Of a stretch of DNA of 49,675 bases, positions 11,558 through 22,844 are shown piece by piece. The DNA comes from an uncultured Eubacteriales bacterium. Its GTDB lineage: Bacteria; Bacillota; Proteinivoracia; Proteinivoracales; Proteinivoracaceae. The notes under the pieces were generated by a model that ran no database searches, had not been told where the DNA came from, and worked only from the letters and a program-made list of their open reading frames with translations. Both the position numbers and the translations under genes were made by a program. Every line of letters begins with the position of its first letter. Position 1 is the first letter of the stretch. The stretch covers positions 1 through 49,675 of the forward strand of contig CAYYRM010000001.1 in assembly GCA_964474005.1 (NCBI GenBank), given 5' to 3'.

Positions 11558-12232
11558 ATGAATATTATTTCAACTATTTTACAGACAGCACTTGAATTTT
11601 TCTACAATATTACCAATAGCTACGGGATAGCTATAATTATGTTAACCCTAGCATTTAGACTTGTTACCTTTCCACTTAACTATAAGCAGATTAAGGCTAC
11701 GAAAGCAATGAATGCCATTATACCAGAGAGAAAAGCATTAGAAGAAAAGTATAAAAACGATAAAGAGAAATTAAACCAAGCAATGATGGAACTTTATGCT
11801 AAGCATAAAATTAACCCCCTTGCAGGATGTCTTCCAATGTTAATTCAATTACCAGTATTTATAGCGATGTTTAATGTTGTTAGAAATTTCCCTGCTGCAA
11901 TGGAATCAGTACCAGGTTTTACTTCTATGTTTTTGGGTATAGATTTAGCTGGAGTTGGAAGGGATTTAGGAGTAATTGGATTTATATTGCCTGCCCTTGC
12001 TGGTATAACAACATATCTACAAACTAAGCAAAGTATGGCAGATAATCCACAGTCAGCCCAAGGTGGTATGGGTGCTATGACATCCATTATGCCTGTGATG
12101 ATTACTTATTTTAGTTATGTACAACCAGCAGGTCTGGCATTGTACTGGTTGGTTGGTAACATATTCTCAATAGGTCAACATTATTTATTAGCCCAACATG
12201 TTGTTAAAGAACAGCCACAAGGGGGAGTATAA
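11558..12232 (+). CDS. yidC: Membrane protein insertase YidC/Oxa1/SpoIIIJ
   Basis: YGIAII, NPLAGCLPMLIQLPVF, PAGLALYWLVGN. Confidence 0.96.
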   Translation: MNIISTILQTALEFFYNITNSYGIAIIMLTLAFRLVTFPLNYKQIKATKAMNAIIPERKALEEKYKNDKEKLNQAMMELYAKHKINPLAGCLPMLIQLPVFIAMFNVVRNFPAAMESVPGFTSMFLGIDLAGVGRDLGVIGFILPALAGITTYLQTKQSMADNPQSAQGGMGAMTSIMPVMITYFSYVQPAGLALYWLVGNIFSIGQHYLLAQHVVKEQPQGGV

Positions 12233-12234
12233 AT

Positions 12235-12852
12235 ATGAGAGTTGTTGAAATATCCGCTAAAACCATAGAGGAAGCTGTTGAACAAGGATTGCAACAACTT
12301 GGACTAACAAAAGACGCCGTAGATTATGAAGTATTGGAATATCCAACTAAAGGCTTACTGGGTATAATGGCTAAACCAGCCAAGGTATTGGTTAAGGAAT
12401 TATTTAATCCAGTAAACGAGATAAAAAAATATATCAATGAAATATTAAAGCCCTTTAATGTGCAGTATGATGTTGATGTAATTGACTACCAAGAATATAT
12501 TAAGGCTAATATCAATGGAGACGACTTAGCCATATTGATAGGAAAACATGGCAAGACCATCGACTCATTACAATACCTATTGGCCCTAGCCATTAACAAG
12601 AAAACAGATAACTATATCAAGGTACTTTTAGATATCAATGGCTATAGAGTTAAAAGGGAGCTTACATTGGAGAATTTGGCAATAAGGCAAGCTCAAAGGG
12701 CTAAAACCATCGGCAAAAAAATAGTTTTAGAGCCCATGAATGCCATGGAGAGAAGAATAATTCACAGTATTTTAAATGATGACCCTGAAATAGAGACATA
12801 TAGTGAAGGTGAAGAACCCCATAGGAAAATTGTAATTGAGCCTTTAATATAG
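12235..12852 (+). CDS. jag: RNA-binding protein Jag/EloR/KhpB
   Basis: AKTIEEAVEQG Jag_N, KH motif LIGKHGKTIDSLQYL, R3H motif ERRIIH. Confidence 0.95.
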   Translation: MRVVEISAKTIEEAVEQGLQQLGLTKDAVDYEVLEYPTKGLLGIMAKPAKVLVKELFNPVNEIKKYINEILKPFNVQYDVDVIDYQEYIKANINGDDLAILIGKHGKTIDSLQYLLALAINKKTDNYIKVLLDINGYRVKRELTLENLAIRQAQRAKTIGKKIVLEPMNAMERRIIHSILNDDPEIETYSEGEEPHRKIVIEPLI

Positions 12853-12863
12853 TATTATAGAAT

Positions 12864-12892
12864 AAACCAGTTAACTTAAGTTAACTGGTTTT
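12864..12892. terminator. Palindromic terminator after jag
   Basis: AAACCAGTTAACTTAAGTTAACTGGTTTT. Confidence 0.65.
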
Positions 12893-12983
12893 AAATTATC
12901 TTAATGATTATAATCCTATTAATTTGTAATAAATATCTATAAAATGCTAAAATTATTGTTATAAGAATTATAGAGGTGATATT

Positions 12984-14363
12984 ATGGATTTTGATACTAT
13001 AGTTGCTGTGGCCACTCCTACAGGACAGAGCGGTGTAGGAATTGTTAGATTAAGTGGAGAAAGTTCCTCCAAAATAGTTGATAAAATGTTTAAAACCCCT
13101 ACGGGAAAAATCATTTCCAGTAAAAAGTCAAATACAATAAATTATGGTTTCATCCTGGATGGTGAAAAGATAATAGATGAGGTACTAGTTTCAATTTTTA
13201 GAGCACCAAAATCCTATACAGGTGAAGATATAGTTGAAATAAATTGTCATGGTGGAAGACTACCCATTAAGGCAACCATGGAACTGGCTCTTAAACATGG
13301 TGCTCGTTTGGCAGAACCCGGGGAGTTTACGAAGAGGGCGTTTTTAAATGGGAGAATTGATCTTTCACAGGCTGAGGGTATCATGGATATCATTGCAGCT
13401 AAAACTGAGCTAGGGCTAGATTTTGCCACTAAGCAGGCCTTAGGTAAAATATCCGAAAGGATTAAAGGTATAAATGACATAATTATAGGTACTTTGGCTC
13501 ATATCGAAGCTACCATCGACTACCCTGATGAGGATTTCGATGATGTAGATTCAATGGAAATTTTACATAATATCATAAGTGCTAAAGAAGGACTTGAAAA
13601 GTTACTTGAAACTGCTAAAACAGGGAAGATTGTAAGGGAAGGGATAAAAACAACCATAGTGGGAAAACCCAATGTTGGTAAATCTTCTTTACTCAATACA
13701 TTATTAAAACATCAAAGGGCAATAGTTACAGAAATCCCTGGCACCACAAGGGATATATTAGAGGAGCAAATAAACATAAAGGGTGTACCTTTGATAATTG
13801 TAGATACTGCAGGTATTCGTGAGACAGAGGATGTTGTGGAGAAAATTGGAGTAGAACGGAGCAAAAAGGCCATTGAAGAAAGTGATTTGATACTGTTTGT
13901 TTTAGATGGTTCTAAGGCATGGGATTCATTTGACGAGCAAATTTTATCTCTCATCAGTGGAAAAAATATAATAGTTGTTATAAATAAGTTAGATTTGGAT
14001 CAAAGATTAAGCATTGGTGAAATTGAAAATAAAATTGGGTCAAAAAATATAGTAAATATTTCCGTGTTAGAGAATAAAAACATTGAGATTTTAGAAGAAG
14101 TTATCTTTGATTTATATGATTTAGCAAAGATTAAAAATACTTATGGAGATATTTTTATTACCAATCTAAGGCATGAACAAGCAATTAGAGATAGTATTAA
14201 GTCATTATCTGATGCAAAGGACAACATAAACAAAGGTATGCCTTTAGATATTGTGGCCATTGACCTAAGGGATACATGGGAAATTTTAGGAAAAATTACT
14301 GGAGAAACACTAAACAAGAATATAATCGATGAAATTTTTTCCAGGTTTTGCTTAGGAAAGTAA
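12984..14363 (+). CDS. mnmE: tRNA modification GTPase MnmE/TrmE
   Basis: [33 protein letters not shown]-terminal FCLGK. Confidence 0.98.
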   Translation: MDFDTIVAVATPTGQSGVGIVRLSGESSSKIVDKMFKTPTGKIISSKKSNTINYGFILDGEKIIDEVLVSIFRAPKSYTGEDIVEINCHGGRLPIKATMELALKHGARLAEPGEFTKRAFLNGRIDLSQAEGIMDIIAAKTELGLDFATKQALGKISERIKGINDIIIGTLAHIEATIDYPDEDFDDVDSMEILHNIISAKEGLEKLLETAKTGKIVREGIKTTIVGKPNVGKSSLLNTLLKHQRAIVTEIPGTTRDILEEQINIKGVPLIIVDTAGIRETEDVVEKIGVERSKKAIEESDLILFVLDGSKAWDSFDEQILSLISGKNIIVVINKLDLDQRLSIGEIENKIGSKNIVNISVLENKNIEILEEVIFDLYDLAKIKNTYGDIFITNLRHEQAIRDSIKSLSDAKDNINKGMPLDIVAIDLRDTWEILGKITGETLNKNIIDEIFSRFCLGK

Positions 14364-14379
14364 AGAAGAAGGTGAATAC

Positions 14380-16260
14380 ATGTATAAATTTGATTGTATT
14401 GTTATAGGGGCAGGTCATGCTGGGTGTGAGGCAGCTTTAGCTACTGCTAGAATGGGGTGTAAAACACTAATTTTAACGTTAAATTTGGATAACATCGCTT
14501 TAATGCCTTGTAATCCTGCCATTGGTGGTCCTGCAAAGGGTCATTTAGTTAGGGAAATCGACGCTTTAGGGGGTGAAATGGGAAAGAATATAGATAAAAC
14601 TTATATTCAGATACGTATGCTAAACACTGGAAAGGGACCAGCAGTGCATGCCTTACGGGCACAAGCTGATAAAGCCCTCTACCAATTAAATATGAAGAAG
14701 GTACTTGAAAATCAAGATAATTTAGAAGTTAGACAGGGACTTGTTGATAAGATAATTTTTGAAGAAAATAAAATAAAGGGAATTGAGTTGGATACTGGTG
14801 AGATATTTAGTTGTACAACAATTGTACTTGCAACAGGAACATATTTAAGGGGGAGGATAATTCAGGGTAATTTAAATTATGAAGGAGGGCCCAATGGACA
14901 GTTTTCAGCAAAAAAATTAACTGATTCTTTAATTGACATGGGACTGAAACTTATGCGTTTTAAAACTGGAACACCTCCTAGGGTAGATAAAAGGTCAGTT
15001 GATTTTGAGAAGATGCATATACAGCCAGGGGATGATAAGCCATATAGGTTTTCATTTACCACAAAGGAAGAAGACCTATTAAAGGAACAAATTCCTTGTT
15101 ATTTAACTTATACTAACGATAAAACCCATGAGATAATTCGAGATAACTTCCACCGTTCCCCGCTATTTACTGGACTAATAGAAGGCGTGGGTCCTAGGTA
15201 TTGTCCCTCCATTGAGGATAAGATTAAGAGGTTTGCCGACAAACAAAGTCATCAACTATTTGTTGAGCCCGAAGGAATTTATACCAATGAAATGTATCTA
15301 CAGGGCATGTCCACTAGTCTACCCGTTGATGTTCAGAGGGATTTTTTAAAAACAATACCTGGTTTAGAAAATGCCCGTATAACCAGACCAGGGTATGCCA
15401 TTGAATATGATTGTATTGATCCCACAGAATTGAAAAGATCTTTAGAGACAAAAAAGATTGAAGGGCTATTCACTGCAGGACAGTTTAATGGTACTTCAGG
15501 TTACGAAGAGGCAGCAGCCCAAGGATTGATGGCTGGTATCAACGCAGCCCTTAAAGTTTTTGGAAAAGAGCCTTTAATTTTAGAGAGATCAGAGGCCTAT
15601 ATAGGAGTTCTAATAGATGACTTAACCATAAAGGGAACACCAGAGCCCTATAGGATGCTTACATCAAGGGCAGAATTTAGACTTTTACTAAGACAAGACA
15701 ATGCAGATATGCGGTTAACTCCAAAAGGATATGAAATAGGGCTTATTGATAAAGAAAGGTTTCAACAATTCTTAGAAAAAAATAGAATGATTGAAAAGGA
15801 AATAGAGGTATTAAATTCTCACATGGTTAACCCTTCCAGTACAAACAATGCTTTGTTGGAGGAATTGGGTTCTGCACCTATTAATAAATCTTATTCCTTA
15901 TCTGACCTTTTGAAAAGACCCGAAATTAAATATGACCACTTACACAAATTCATGGAGCTGAATTATATACCCTTTGATGTGAAAGAACAGGTGGAAATAC
16001 AGATAAAATATTCTGGTTATGTGGAAAAGCAAATAAACCAAATTAACCGTTTTAGCAAATCAGAAAACACATTAATTCCAAAGGATATTGATTATAATTT
16101 AATATCTGCTTTATCAAGGGAAAGTAGAGAAAAATTAATTAAAATAATGCCTGAAACCATAGGTCAAGCTTCTAGGATATCAGGGGTTACTCCTGCTGAT
16201 ATATCAGTATTATTAATTTACTTAGAGCAGACAAGGCGGTCGAGAGATAATGGTATTTAA
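14380..16260 (+). CDS. mnmG: tRNA uridine-5-carboxymethylaminomethyl modification enzyme MnmG/GidA
   Basis: [48 protein letters not shown]. Confidence 0.99.
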   Translation: MYKFDCIVIGAGHAGCEAALATARMGCKTLILTLNLDNIALMPCNPAIGGPAKGHLVREIDALGGEMGKNIDKTYIQIRMLNTGKGPAVHALRAQADKALYQLNMKKVLENQDNLEVRQGLVDKIIFEENKIKGIELDTGEIFSCTTIVLATGTYLRGRIIQGNLNYEGGPNGQFSAKKLTDSLIDMGLKLMRFKTGTPPRVDKRSVDFEKMHIQPGDDKPYRFSFTTKEEDLLKEQIPCYLTYTNDKTHEIIRDNFHRSPLFTGLIEGVGPRYCPSIEDKIKRFADKQSHQLFVEPEGIYTNEMYLQGMSTSLPVDVQRDFLKTIPGLENARITRPGYAIEYDCIDPTELKRSLETKKIEGLFTAGQFNGTSGYEEAAAQGLMAGINAALKVFGKEPLILERSEAYIGVLIDDLTIKGTPEPYRMLTSRAEFRLLLRQDNADMRLTPKGYEIGLIDKERFQQFLEKNRMIEKEIEVLNSHMVNPSSTNNALLEELGSAPINKSYSLSDLLKRPEIKYDHLHKFMELNYIPFDVKEQVEIQIKYSGYVEKQINQINRFSKSENTLIPKDIDYNLISALSRESREKLIKIMPETIGQASRISGVTPADISVLLIYLEQTRRSRDNGI

Positions 16261-16963
16261 GGATTTTTTATATGAAAATGCATTAAAAACAAATATAGAA
16301 CTAGATAACGAAGCTTTAAATCAATTTAACAGATATAAGGAGATGCTCCTTGAGTGGAATAATAAAATTAATTTAACAGCTATAACCGATGAAAAGGGAA
16401 TAGCATTAAAACATTTTATAGATTCTATATATCCTGTTAATGAATTTACCAGTCATAGTTCTATTATAGATGTGGGAATTGGTGCGGGTTTTCCAACTTA
16501 TCCATTAAAGATTGTAAATAAAACCCTTAAAATAACTGCATTAGATTCACTTAATAAAAGGCTAAAGTTTTTAGATGAAATTGCAAAAGAACTGAATTTT
16601 ATGGATATTAATTTAATCCATGGAAGGGCTGAAGACTTTGGTCAAAACAAACAATATAGAGAAAAATTTGATTATGCCACAGCAAGGGCTGTGGCTGGGT
16701 TAAATATTCTTGTGGAACTATGTTTACCTTTTATTAAGGTAGGTGGCCATTTTGTGGTTTATAAAGGTGATAAGTGGAAAGAGGAATTGAATGATTCTAA
16801 AAATGCAATTAAGATTCTAGGTGGAGAAATAAGTGGTTTCTATGAATATAACCTACCTGAAATAAATGATAAAAGAGCTGTAATCTTAATTAAAAAGATT
16901 AAAAAGACCCCCAAAGAATTCCCACGAAAACCTGGTTTACCTAACAAAAAACCATTAACATAA
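16250..16963 (+). CDS. rsmG: 16S rRNA m7G527 methyltransferase RsmG/GidB
   Basis: [35 protein letters not shown]. Confidence 0.97.
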   Translation: MVFKDFLYENALKTNIELDNEALNQFNRYKEMLLEWNNKINLTAITDEKGIALKHFIDSIYPVNEFTSHSSIIDVGIGAGFPTYPLKIVNKTLKITALDSLNKRLKFLDEIAKELNFMDINLIHGRAEDFGQNKQYREKFDYATARAVAGLNILVELCLPFIKVGGHFVVYKGDKWKEELNDSKNAIKILGGEISGFYEYNLPEINDKRAVILIKKIKKTPKEFPRKPGLPNKKPLT

Positions 16964-16995
16964 AAAGTAAAGTTTATAAAACTTTACTTTTTTTT
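16963..16995. terminator. Terminator after rsmG
   Basis: AAAAGTAAAGTTT-ata-AAACTTTACTTTT followed by a T-run. Confidence 0.65.
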
Positions 16996-17068
16996 ATTTT
17001 TAAGAAGGAATAAGTACAACAGATAGCGAAATTATTAAATTGAAATAAGCAAAGGTGGTGTAATAAAA

Positions 17069-17911
17069 ATGAAAGAACATATATCAAAATTGATTGGACA
17101 ACAAGGGGAAAAAGGAGAAGAAATCCATCAAATTCCCGTTTCAAAAATAATTTCAAATCCTTTTCAACCAAGAAAGTATTTTGATGACGAAAAAATTGAT
17201 GAATTAGCTCAATCCATTAGAACTTATGGTTTATTACAACCTATCATTTTAAGAAAAAGCGGAAATGGTTATGAAATAATTGCAGGGGAAAGAAGATTTA
17301 AAGCATGTAACAAACTAGGTATGAATTATGTTTCTGCCATCGTTAAAGAAGCTAACGATGGAGCCATGGCGGCAATAGCACTTATCGAAAATATTCAAAG
17401 GGAAAATTTGAATTTTTTAGAGGAAGCAGAAGGATTATATCGCTTACTAAATGAATTTAACTTAACTCAAGAAGTTTTAGCTCAGAGAATAGGCAAGAGT
17501 CAATCCACCATAGCAAATAAACTGAGGTTACTTAAATTGCCTAACGAGGTTAAAGATCAACTTAAAGATTCAAACTTAACAGAGAGACATGCCAGGGCAT
17601 TACTTAAGTTGCCAGAAGAGCAACAAATGCCATTACTGAATAGGATTATAAATGAGGGAATGACTGTTAGGCAAACTGAGGAAGCAATAGATATAATAAA
17701 CGAATCAAATCTGGCAGATGCTGATGAAAACGCTAAGACAGAAAAGGGAATCCAAAGGAAACTAGTGATAAGGGATTTTAGAATTTTCATCAATTCCGTA
17801 AAACACATGGTTAAAACAATAAAAGATACGGGATTTGACGCTACATTAGAAGAAAATGATTTTCAGGATTATATAGAAGTTACAATAAAGCTACCGAAAA
17901 CAAAAAAATAG
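17069..17911 (+). CDS. noc: Nucleoid occlusion protein Noc (ParB family)
   Basis: N-terminal amphipathic MKEHISKLIG, NPFQPR, IAGERR, KSQSTIANKLRLLKL, TERHARALL; sits between rsmG and soj. Confidence 0.93.
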   Translation: MKEHISKLIGQQGEKGEEIHQIPVSKIISNPFQPRKYFDDEKIDELAQSIRTYGLLQPIILRKSGNGYEIIAGERRFKACNKLGMNYVSAIVKEANDGAMAAIALIENIQRENLNFLEEAEGLYRLLNEFNLTQEVLAQRIGKSQSTIANKLRLLKLPNEVKDQLKDSNLTERHARALLKLPEEQQMPLLNRIINEGMTVRQTEEAIDIINESNLADADENAKTEKGIQRKLVIRDFRIFINSVKHMVKTIKDTGFDATLEENDFQDYIEVTIKLPKTKK

Positions 17912-17928
17912 TTGAAAGGAGTTTTGAA

Positions 17929-18690
17929 ATGTCTAGGGTTTTAGCCATTACTAATCAAAAAGGAGGAGTAGGTAAAACTACTACTTCTGTTAATCTAAGT
18001 GCTTTTTTAGCCCATAAAGGTAAAAAGGTATTAATTTTAGATATCGACCCCCAGGGGAATTCCACAAGTGGATTAGGTATTAACAAGCATAGAATAAAAA
18101 AGTGTATCTATAATGTATTAGTTGATGAGTTTCCAGTGGACGCAATTATAGTACCTACTGCCATAGAAAACCTTGATGTGGCACCTGCCACTATACAGTT
18201 AGCTGGAGCAGAAATTGAGTTAGTTCCCACGGTATCAAGAGAAGTTAGACTAAGAACTCAGCTAGAAAATGTTAGAAAAGAGTATGACTTTATTATCATT
18301 GATTGTCCACCATCATTGGGACTTTTAACAATCAATGCTTTAACTGCAGCGGACGCTGTTATTGTACCTATACAATGTGAGTATTACGCTTTAGAAGGTC
18401 TAAGCCAGTTAGTTAATACTGTGAATTTAGTACAAAAACATTTAAATCCTAATCTAGTATTTGAAGGTGCATTATTAACCATGTTTGATTCTCGAACCAA
18501 TCTTTCAAATCAAGTGGTTGATGAAGTTAAGAATTTTTTTGGTACCAAGGTATACAACACAATTGTGCCGAGAAATGTAAGACTAAGCGAAGCCCCCAGC
18601 CATGGTCAATCCATTTTAGAATATGATCCCAAATCTAAGGGAGCTGAAGTGTATAACGATTTGGCCGAGGAGGTGTTAAAGGGTGTCTAA
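17929..18690 (+). CDS. soj: Chromosome partitioning ATPase Soj/ParA
   Basis: NQKGGVGKTTT, DIDPQGN, DCPPSLG, PRNVRLSEAPSHG. Confidence 0.98.
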   Translation: MSRVLAITNQKGGVGKTTTSVNLSAFLAHKGKKVLILDIDPQGNSTSGLGINKHRIKKCIYNVLVDEFPVDAIIVPTAIENLDVAPATIQLAGAEIELVPTVSREVRLRTQLENVRKEYDFIIIDCPPSLGLLTINALTAADAVIVPIQCEYYALEGLSQLVNTVNLVQKHLNPNLVFEGALLTMFDSRTNLSNQVVDEVKNFFGTKVYNTIVPRNVRLSEAPSHGQSILEYDPKSKGAEVYNDLAEEVLKGV

Positions 18691-19531
18691 GAAAGGCCTT
18701 GGTAGAGGGTTGAGTGCTCTAATACCTGAACTGCCCGATACAGAAGTTAATATCAATTCCATACAAAGCATACCTATCGCCAGAATCAGACCTAATCCTA
18801 AACAACCCAGAAAGAGTTTTTCCTCTGAATCCTTAGAGGAACTAGCAAACTCCATAAAACAACACGGCATTATACAACCCATCGTTGTTAGGAGCATAGA
18901 AGGGGGATATGAGCTAGTAGCGGGGGAAAGAAGGTTAAGAGCTAGCAAAATTGCAGGCTTAACAGAAATTAATGCCATTGTACAGAATTTTACTGAGCGA
19001 CAAATTGCAGAAATAGCATTGATTGAAAACCTTCAAAGGGAGGATTTGAATCCCATTGAAGAGGCTGAAGCTTACCAAATGCTTATTGATGAATTTGATC
19101 TAACCCAAGATCAACTCTCATTAAGAATAGGCAAAAGCAGATCTGCCATCGCTAACACCATTAGGCTTTTAGGACTATGCATAGAAGTTAGAAATCTACT
19201 TATAGAAGGTAAGTTGAAAGCAGGTCAAGTACGTCCTCTACTGGTTTTAGATTCTGCACAGCAAAAAGATTTAGCCCATTTAATTATAGAAAAGGGGTTA
19301 AATGCCAGACAAATAGAAAATTACTGCAAGACAGTTAATGAAATGGATAAACAAAAAAGAAAAATCATTGAAACTAATCCTATAGTTAAAGATGTGGAAG
19401 AAAAACTTATGGAAGCCATAGGAGTTAATGTTAAAATAAAAGGTAATGATAGAAAAGGGAAAATAGAAATACAGTATTATGATGAAGAAGATTTAAACAG
19501 AATTATTGATTTAATCATTAACAAGGGATAG
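18683..19531 (+). CDS. spo0J: Chromosome partitioning protein Spo0J/ParB
   Basis: KKGLGRGLSAL, QPRK, VAGERRLRA, ENLQREDLNPIEEA, KSRSAIANTIRLL. Confidence 0.97.
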   Translation: MSKKGLGRGLSALIPELPDTEVNINSIQSIPIARIRPNPKQPRKSFSSESLEELANSIKQHGIIQPIVVRSIEGGYELVAGERRLRASKIAGLTEINAIVQNFTERQIAEIALIENLQREDLNPIEEAEAYQMLIDEFDLTQDQLSLRIGKSRSAIANTIRLLGLCIEVRNLLIEGKLKAGQVRPLLVLDSAQQKDLAHLIIEKGLNARQIENYCKTVNEMDKQKRKIIETNPIVKDVEEKLMEAIGVNVKIKGNDRKGKIEIQYYDEEDLNRIIDLIINKG

Positions 19532-19559
19532 CACCCTTGTTTTTTACCATTCAATTAAG

Positions 19560-19575
19560 TGTTTCACGTGAAACA
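19560..19575. promoter_or_regulatory. parS site 1
   Basis: TGTTTCACGTGAAACA, perfect consensus. Confidence 0.97.
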
Positions 19576-19588
19576 CTTAATTGAAAAA

Positions 19589-19604
19589 TGTTTCACGTGA
19601 AACA
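19589..19604. promoter_or_regulatory. parS site 2
   Basis: TGTTTCACGTGAAACA, perfect consensus. Confidence 0.97.
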
Positions 19605-19619
19605 AAAAAAAAGGGGGTC

Positions 19620-20759
19620 ATGGCATTGATTTACCTAGATAATGGGGCCACAAGTTTTCCAAAACCAGAAAGTGTTTATAATGCCCATGATTATGCATTG
19701 AGAAATTATGGGGCTAATCCAGGTAGAGGGGGGCATAGTCTTGCAAGGGAATGTGCTAGGGTAATATACAAAACCAGGGAAAAAATAGCGGAATTTATAA
19801 ATGCAAAGGATTCATCTGAAATATCTTTTTCTCAAAATGCAACGGAGGCAATTAACCAAGGTTTATTGGGCTTACTTAAAGAAAATGATCATGTAATAAC
19901 ATCACAATTAGAACATAACTCAGTTTGGAGACCTTTAAATTGGTTGAAGAGAAACCGAAACATACAAATAGATTTGTGTAATCATTTGGAAAATGGGTTA
20001 ATTGATGTTGAACATTTGATTTCATTAATTAAGCCAAATACCAAAATCCTTGTGATTAACCATTGCAGCAATGTTTTTGGGTGTATGCAAGACATAGAAC
20101 TATTAGGAAAAGTAACTAGACAGAACAATATAGTTTTTTTAGTGGATGGAGCTCAAAGTTTAGGATTTGAAAAAATAGATGTTCAAAGGGCAAATGTTGA
20201 TATATTAGCTTTTGCGGGACACAAGGGTTTATTGGGGCCATCGGGGACAGGTGGGTTGTATGTAAACAAGAATATTATTTTAGAACCCCTAAAAACAGGG
20301 GGCACAGGCACAAAATCTGAAGAATTATTTGTTTCCACAACTGGTCCTGAAAGATATGAAAGTGGAACAATGAATACTGCAGGTATCTATGCACTTGGTG
20401 CTGGATTAGACTACATTAAGGAAATTGGAATTGATACCATAAAACAACATAAAATAGATTTACTTAAAAGGCTTTATAATGGTATTGGAGACATAACTTG
20501 TTTTTATGGGGATACTAGTGGAGACATCGGCCCTGTTATATCTTTTAATATAGGTGAGTTGGATTCCACAGATGTTGCATTTATATTAGACACTGTTTAT
20601 GGTATAGCTGTAAGGGCTGGTTTACATTGCTCCCCATTGGCTCATAAATGTTTTAATACCTTAGAGCAGGGGACAATTAGGGTGAGTCCAGGGATTTTTA
20701 ATACCAACAGTGATATAGATAAATTAATAACAGCAGTAATTGAAATTAAAAGGGGTTAA
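19620..20759 (+). CDS. Cysteine desulfurase family / class V aminotransferase
   Basis: IYLDNGATSFPKP, EHNSV, DGAQS, AGHKGLLGP (PLP Lys), RAGLHCSP; start moved to ATG 19620 after AAGGGGG RBS. Confidence 0.92.
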   Translation: MALIYLDNGATSFPKPESVYNAHDYALRNYGANPGRGGHSLARECARVIYKTREKIAEFINAKDSSEISFSQNATEAINQGLLGLLKENDHVITSQLEHNSVWRPLNWLKRNRNIQIDLCNHLENGLIDVEHLISLIKPNTKILVINHCSNVFGCMQDIELLGKVTRQNNIVFLVDGAQSLGFEKIDVQRANVDILAFAGHKGLLGPSGTGGLYVNKNIILEPLKTGGTGTKSEELFVSTTGPERYESGTMNTAGIYALGAGLDYIKEIGIDTIKQHKIDLLKRLYNGIGDITCFYGDTSGDIGPVISFNIGELDSTDVAFILDTVYGIAVRAGLHCSPLAHKCFNTLEQGTIRVSPGIFNTNSDIDKLITAVIEIKRG

Positions 20760-20764
20760 TATAA

Positions 20765-21457
20765 ATGGGAAATATTATAAATGCACTAGCTATTCTTGTT
20801 GCTGGGACAATGGGCCATCTTTTTGGGGAGATGATACCTAAAGAGATGGAAAAGACAGTAATAAATGGTCTTGGTTTGGCGGTGTTACTTATAGGATTAA
20901 AAAATATGCTTGTGGTGGATGATATATATATAATTTACACCATCATTTCCTTAGTTTTAGGGGGCATTCTTGGTGAATATTTTAATATAGACAATAAATT
21001 TAATATGGGTGCACTAAAGATTGAAAAGATTTTAAATAAGTATATAAAAGGGAATATAGCTTCAGGGATGGTTTATGCTTCGTTGATTTACTGTGTGGGG
21101 GCAATGGCTATTTTAGGATCCATAGAGATGGCTATCAGTAATACCCATAGTATTTTATTGGCCAAGGCTATAATTGATGGCGTAACAGCCATTGCTTTTG
21201 CATCTGTTATGGGAATTGGAGTAGCGCTTTCTGGGATAGTTGTCTTTTTATATCAGGGATTTATTTATATTTTGGCGATACTTTTAGGGGATTTTGCCAC
21301 TGAAGAGATACTTACATCCATCAAAGGGTTGGGTGGAATCTTGATATTTGCCATAGGTTTAAACATGATGGATATTAAAAAGATTAAAGTGGCTAATTTA
21401 TTACCATCCATATTTATTATTATTATCATTGTTTTAATTAGGTCTGTAATCATTTAA
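20765..21457 (+). CDS. DUF554 family membrane protein (YdfK-like)
   Basis: SLVLGGILGE, ASLIYCVGAMAILGS, LLAKAIIDG, IKVANLLPS. Confidence 0.85.
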   Translation: MGNIINALAILVAGTMGHLFGEMIPKEMEKTVINGLGLAVLLIGLKNMLVVDDIYIIYTIISLVLGGILGEYFNIDNKFNMGALKIEKILNKYIKGNIASGMVYASLIYCVGAMAILGSIEMAISNTHSILLAKAIIDGVTAIAFASVMGIGVALSGIVVFLYQGFIYILAILLGDFATEEILTSIKGLGGILIFAIGLNMMDIKKIKVANLLPSIFIIIIIVLIRSVII

Positions 21458-21474
21458 AAGAAAGGGGTAAAAAT

Positions 21475-22548
21475 ATGTTAACACCAGCTGTTATTATTGA
21501 TTACGATATCATGATTAATAATTTAATACGGGCTCAACAAAAATGTAATCACAAACAAGTGAAGTTGCGACCGCATTTTAAAGCCCATAAAACTCCATTT
21601 TTGGCTCTAATTCAGAAAGAATTGGGGGCACAGGGGTTTACAACAGCGAAATTAGCTGAGGCTGAACTTTTAAAAAAAGAGGGTTTTAAAGACTTACTGG
21701 TAGCTTATCCAGTGGTAACTAGGACCAATGCTGAAAGGTTAAGGGAGCTGTCTAAGGGTATAACTGTAGGGGTTATTGTTGACTCTAAAATCAGTGTGGA
21801 TATATTAAACGATGTATTTGAGGGTGATAAATTATATGTATATATAAAAATTGATACTGGACTTAATAGATGTGGACTAAAAGTTACAGACGATATAACA
21901 AATTTTGCAAAATATATTGTGGAAAAACCCAATTTATACCTAAAAGGTCTTTTGACCCATGCAGGACATAGTTATAAATCTTCTTCCCATGCAGATGTTA
22001 TAAATATTGCTCTAAGTGAAGGGCAAACGTTAATTGATATTAAAAAGAAACTTGAGTCCACTGGAATTATGGTGGAAGAAATAAGTGTTGGATCAACCCC
22101 AACTTTTAATAATGTTTTAGATATAAACGGGGTGACAGAAGTTAGGCCTGGAAATTATATTTTTAATGATTATACACAGGTTGCGTTAAAAACCACAACC
22201 ATTGATAATTGTGCATTAAAAGTTAAGTCTACTGTGATAAGTATTGGGGATGGAAAATTTATAATCGATGCAGGTGCAAAAACATTGGGTCTTGATAAAG
22301 GTACACACGGTTCTCAATTATTGACTGGATATGGCAAAATTCTTGAATATCCAGAAGCAGAAATTACAGGGTTATCTGAGGAGCATGGTATCGTATTTAG
22401 TGAAGGAAAAATCCCTAACATAGGGGAAACAATTACGATAATTCCAAACCACAGTTGTGTGGTAATGAATTTAGCACCTTTTGTGTATATGTTAAAAAAT
22501 GGAAATTTAGAAAAAATAAATAACAGTGGTAGAGGATTAAATTATTAA
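21475..22548 (+). CDS. Fold-type III PLP enzyme, DSD1 / D-threonine aldolase family
   Basis: LRPHFKAHK, DTGLNRCG, THAGH, SVGSTPT, EVRPGNYIFND, LSEEHG, IPNHSC metal-binding His/Cys. Confidence 0.85.
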   Translation: MLTPAVIIDYDIMINNLIRAQQKCNHKQVKLRPHFKAHKTPFLALIQKELGAQGFTTAKLAEAELLKKEGFKDLLVAYPVVTRTNAERLRELSKGITVGVIVDSKISVDILNDVFEGDKLYVYIKIDTGLNRCGLKVTDDITNFAKYIVEKPNLYLKGLLTHAGHSYKSSSHADVINIALSEGQTLIDIKKKLESTGIMVEEISVGSTPTFNNVLDINGVTEVRPGNYIFNDYTQVALKTTTIDNCALKVKSTVISIGDGKFIIDAGAKTLGLDKGTHGSQLLTGYGKILEYPEAEITGLSEEHGIVFSEGKIPNIGETITIIPNHSCVVMNLAPFVYMLKNGNLEKINNSGRGLNY

Positions 22549-22616
22549 AAAATATAACATAACAAAATAAATAATAAATTTGTAGGAGAAACTAATTTTA
22601 AAGGGAGGTAAATAAT

Positions 22617-22844
22617 ATGAGAAAGAAAATTACACCACCTACAGAAATGGTTTCCCCTGTTTTTTCCATGTCAATTAATGAACAAGAATTGTACAATTTC
22701 ACGGGTTTAGACTTTCATGAAGTAAATTGGCACAATGTAAAAAATCACATAGACAAACCGTTCCTAATGGGTGATATAGTTCATGGTGAGTGGGCAAACA
22801 ACTGGGCACCAGTGGATTTAATCAACAATCCCCCTAATAAATAA
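22617..22844 (+). CDS. Small hypothetical protein (75 aa)
   Basis: Strong RBS AAGGGAGGT, own terminator, fills an otherwise empty intergenic gap; no family recognised. Confidence 0.7.
   Translation: MRKKITPPTEMVSPVFSMSINEQELYNFTGLDFHEVNWHNVKNHIDKPFLMGDIVHGEWANNWAPVDLINNPPNK

Noticed and set aside
19581-19619. N-terminal extension MKNVSRETKK of the desulfurase
   Set aside because: It is the translated parS site (VSRET); the RBS-supported start is ATG 19620.
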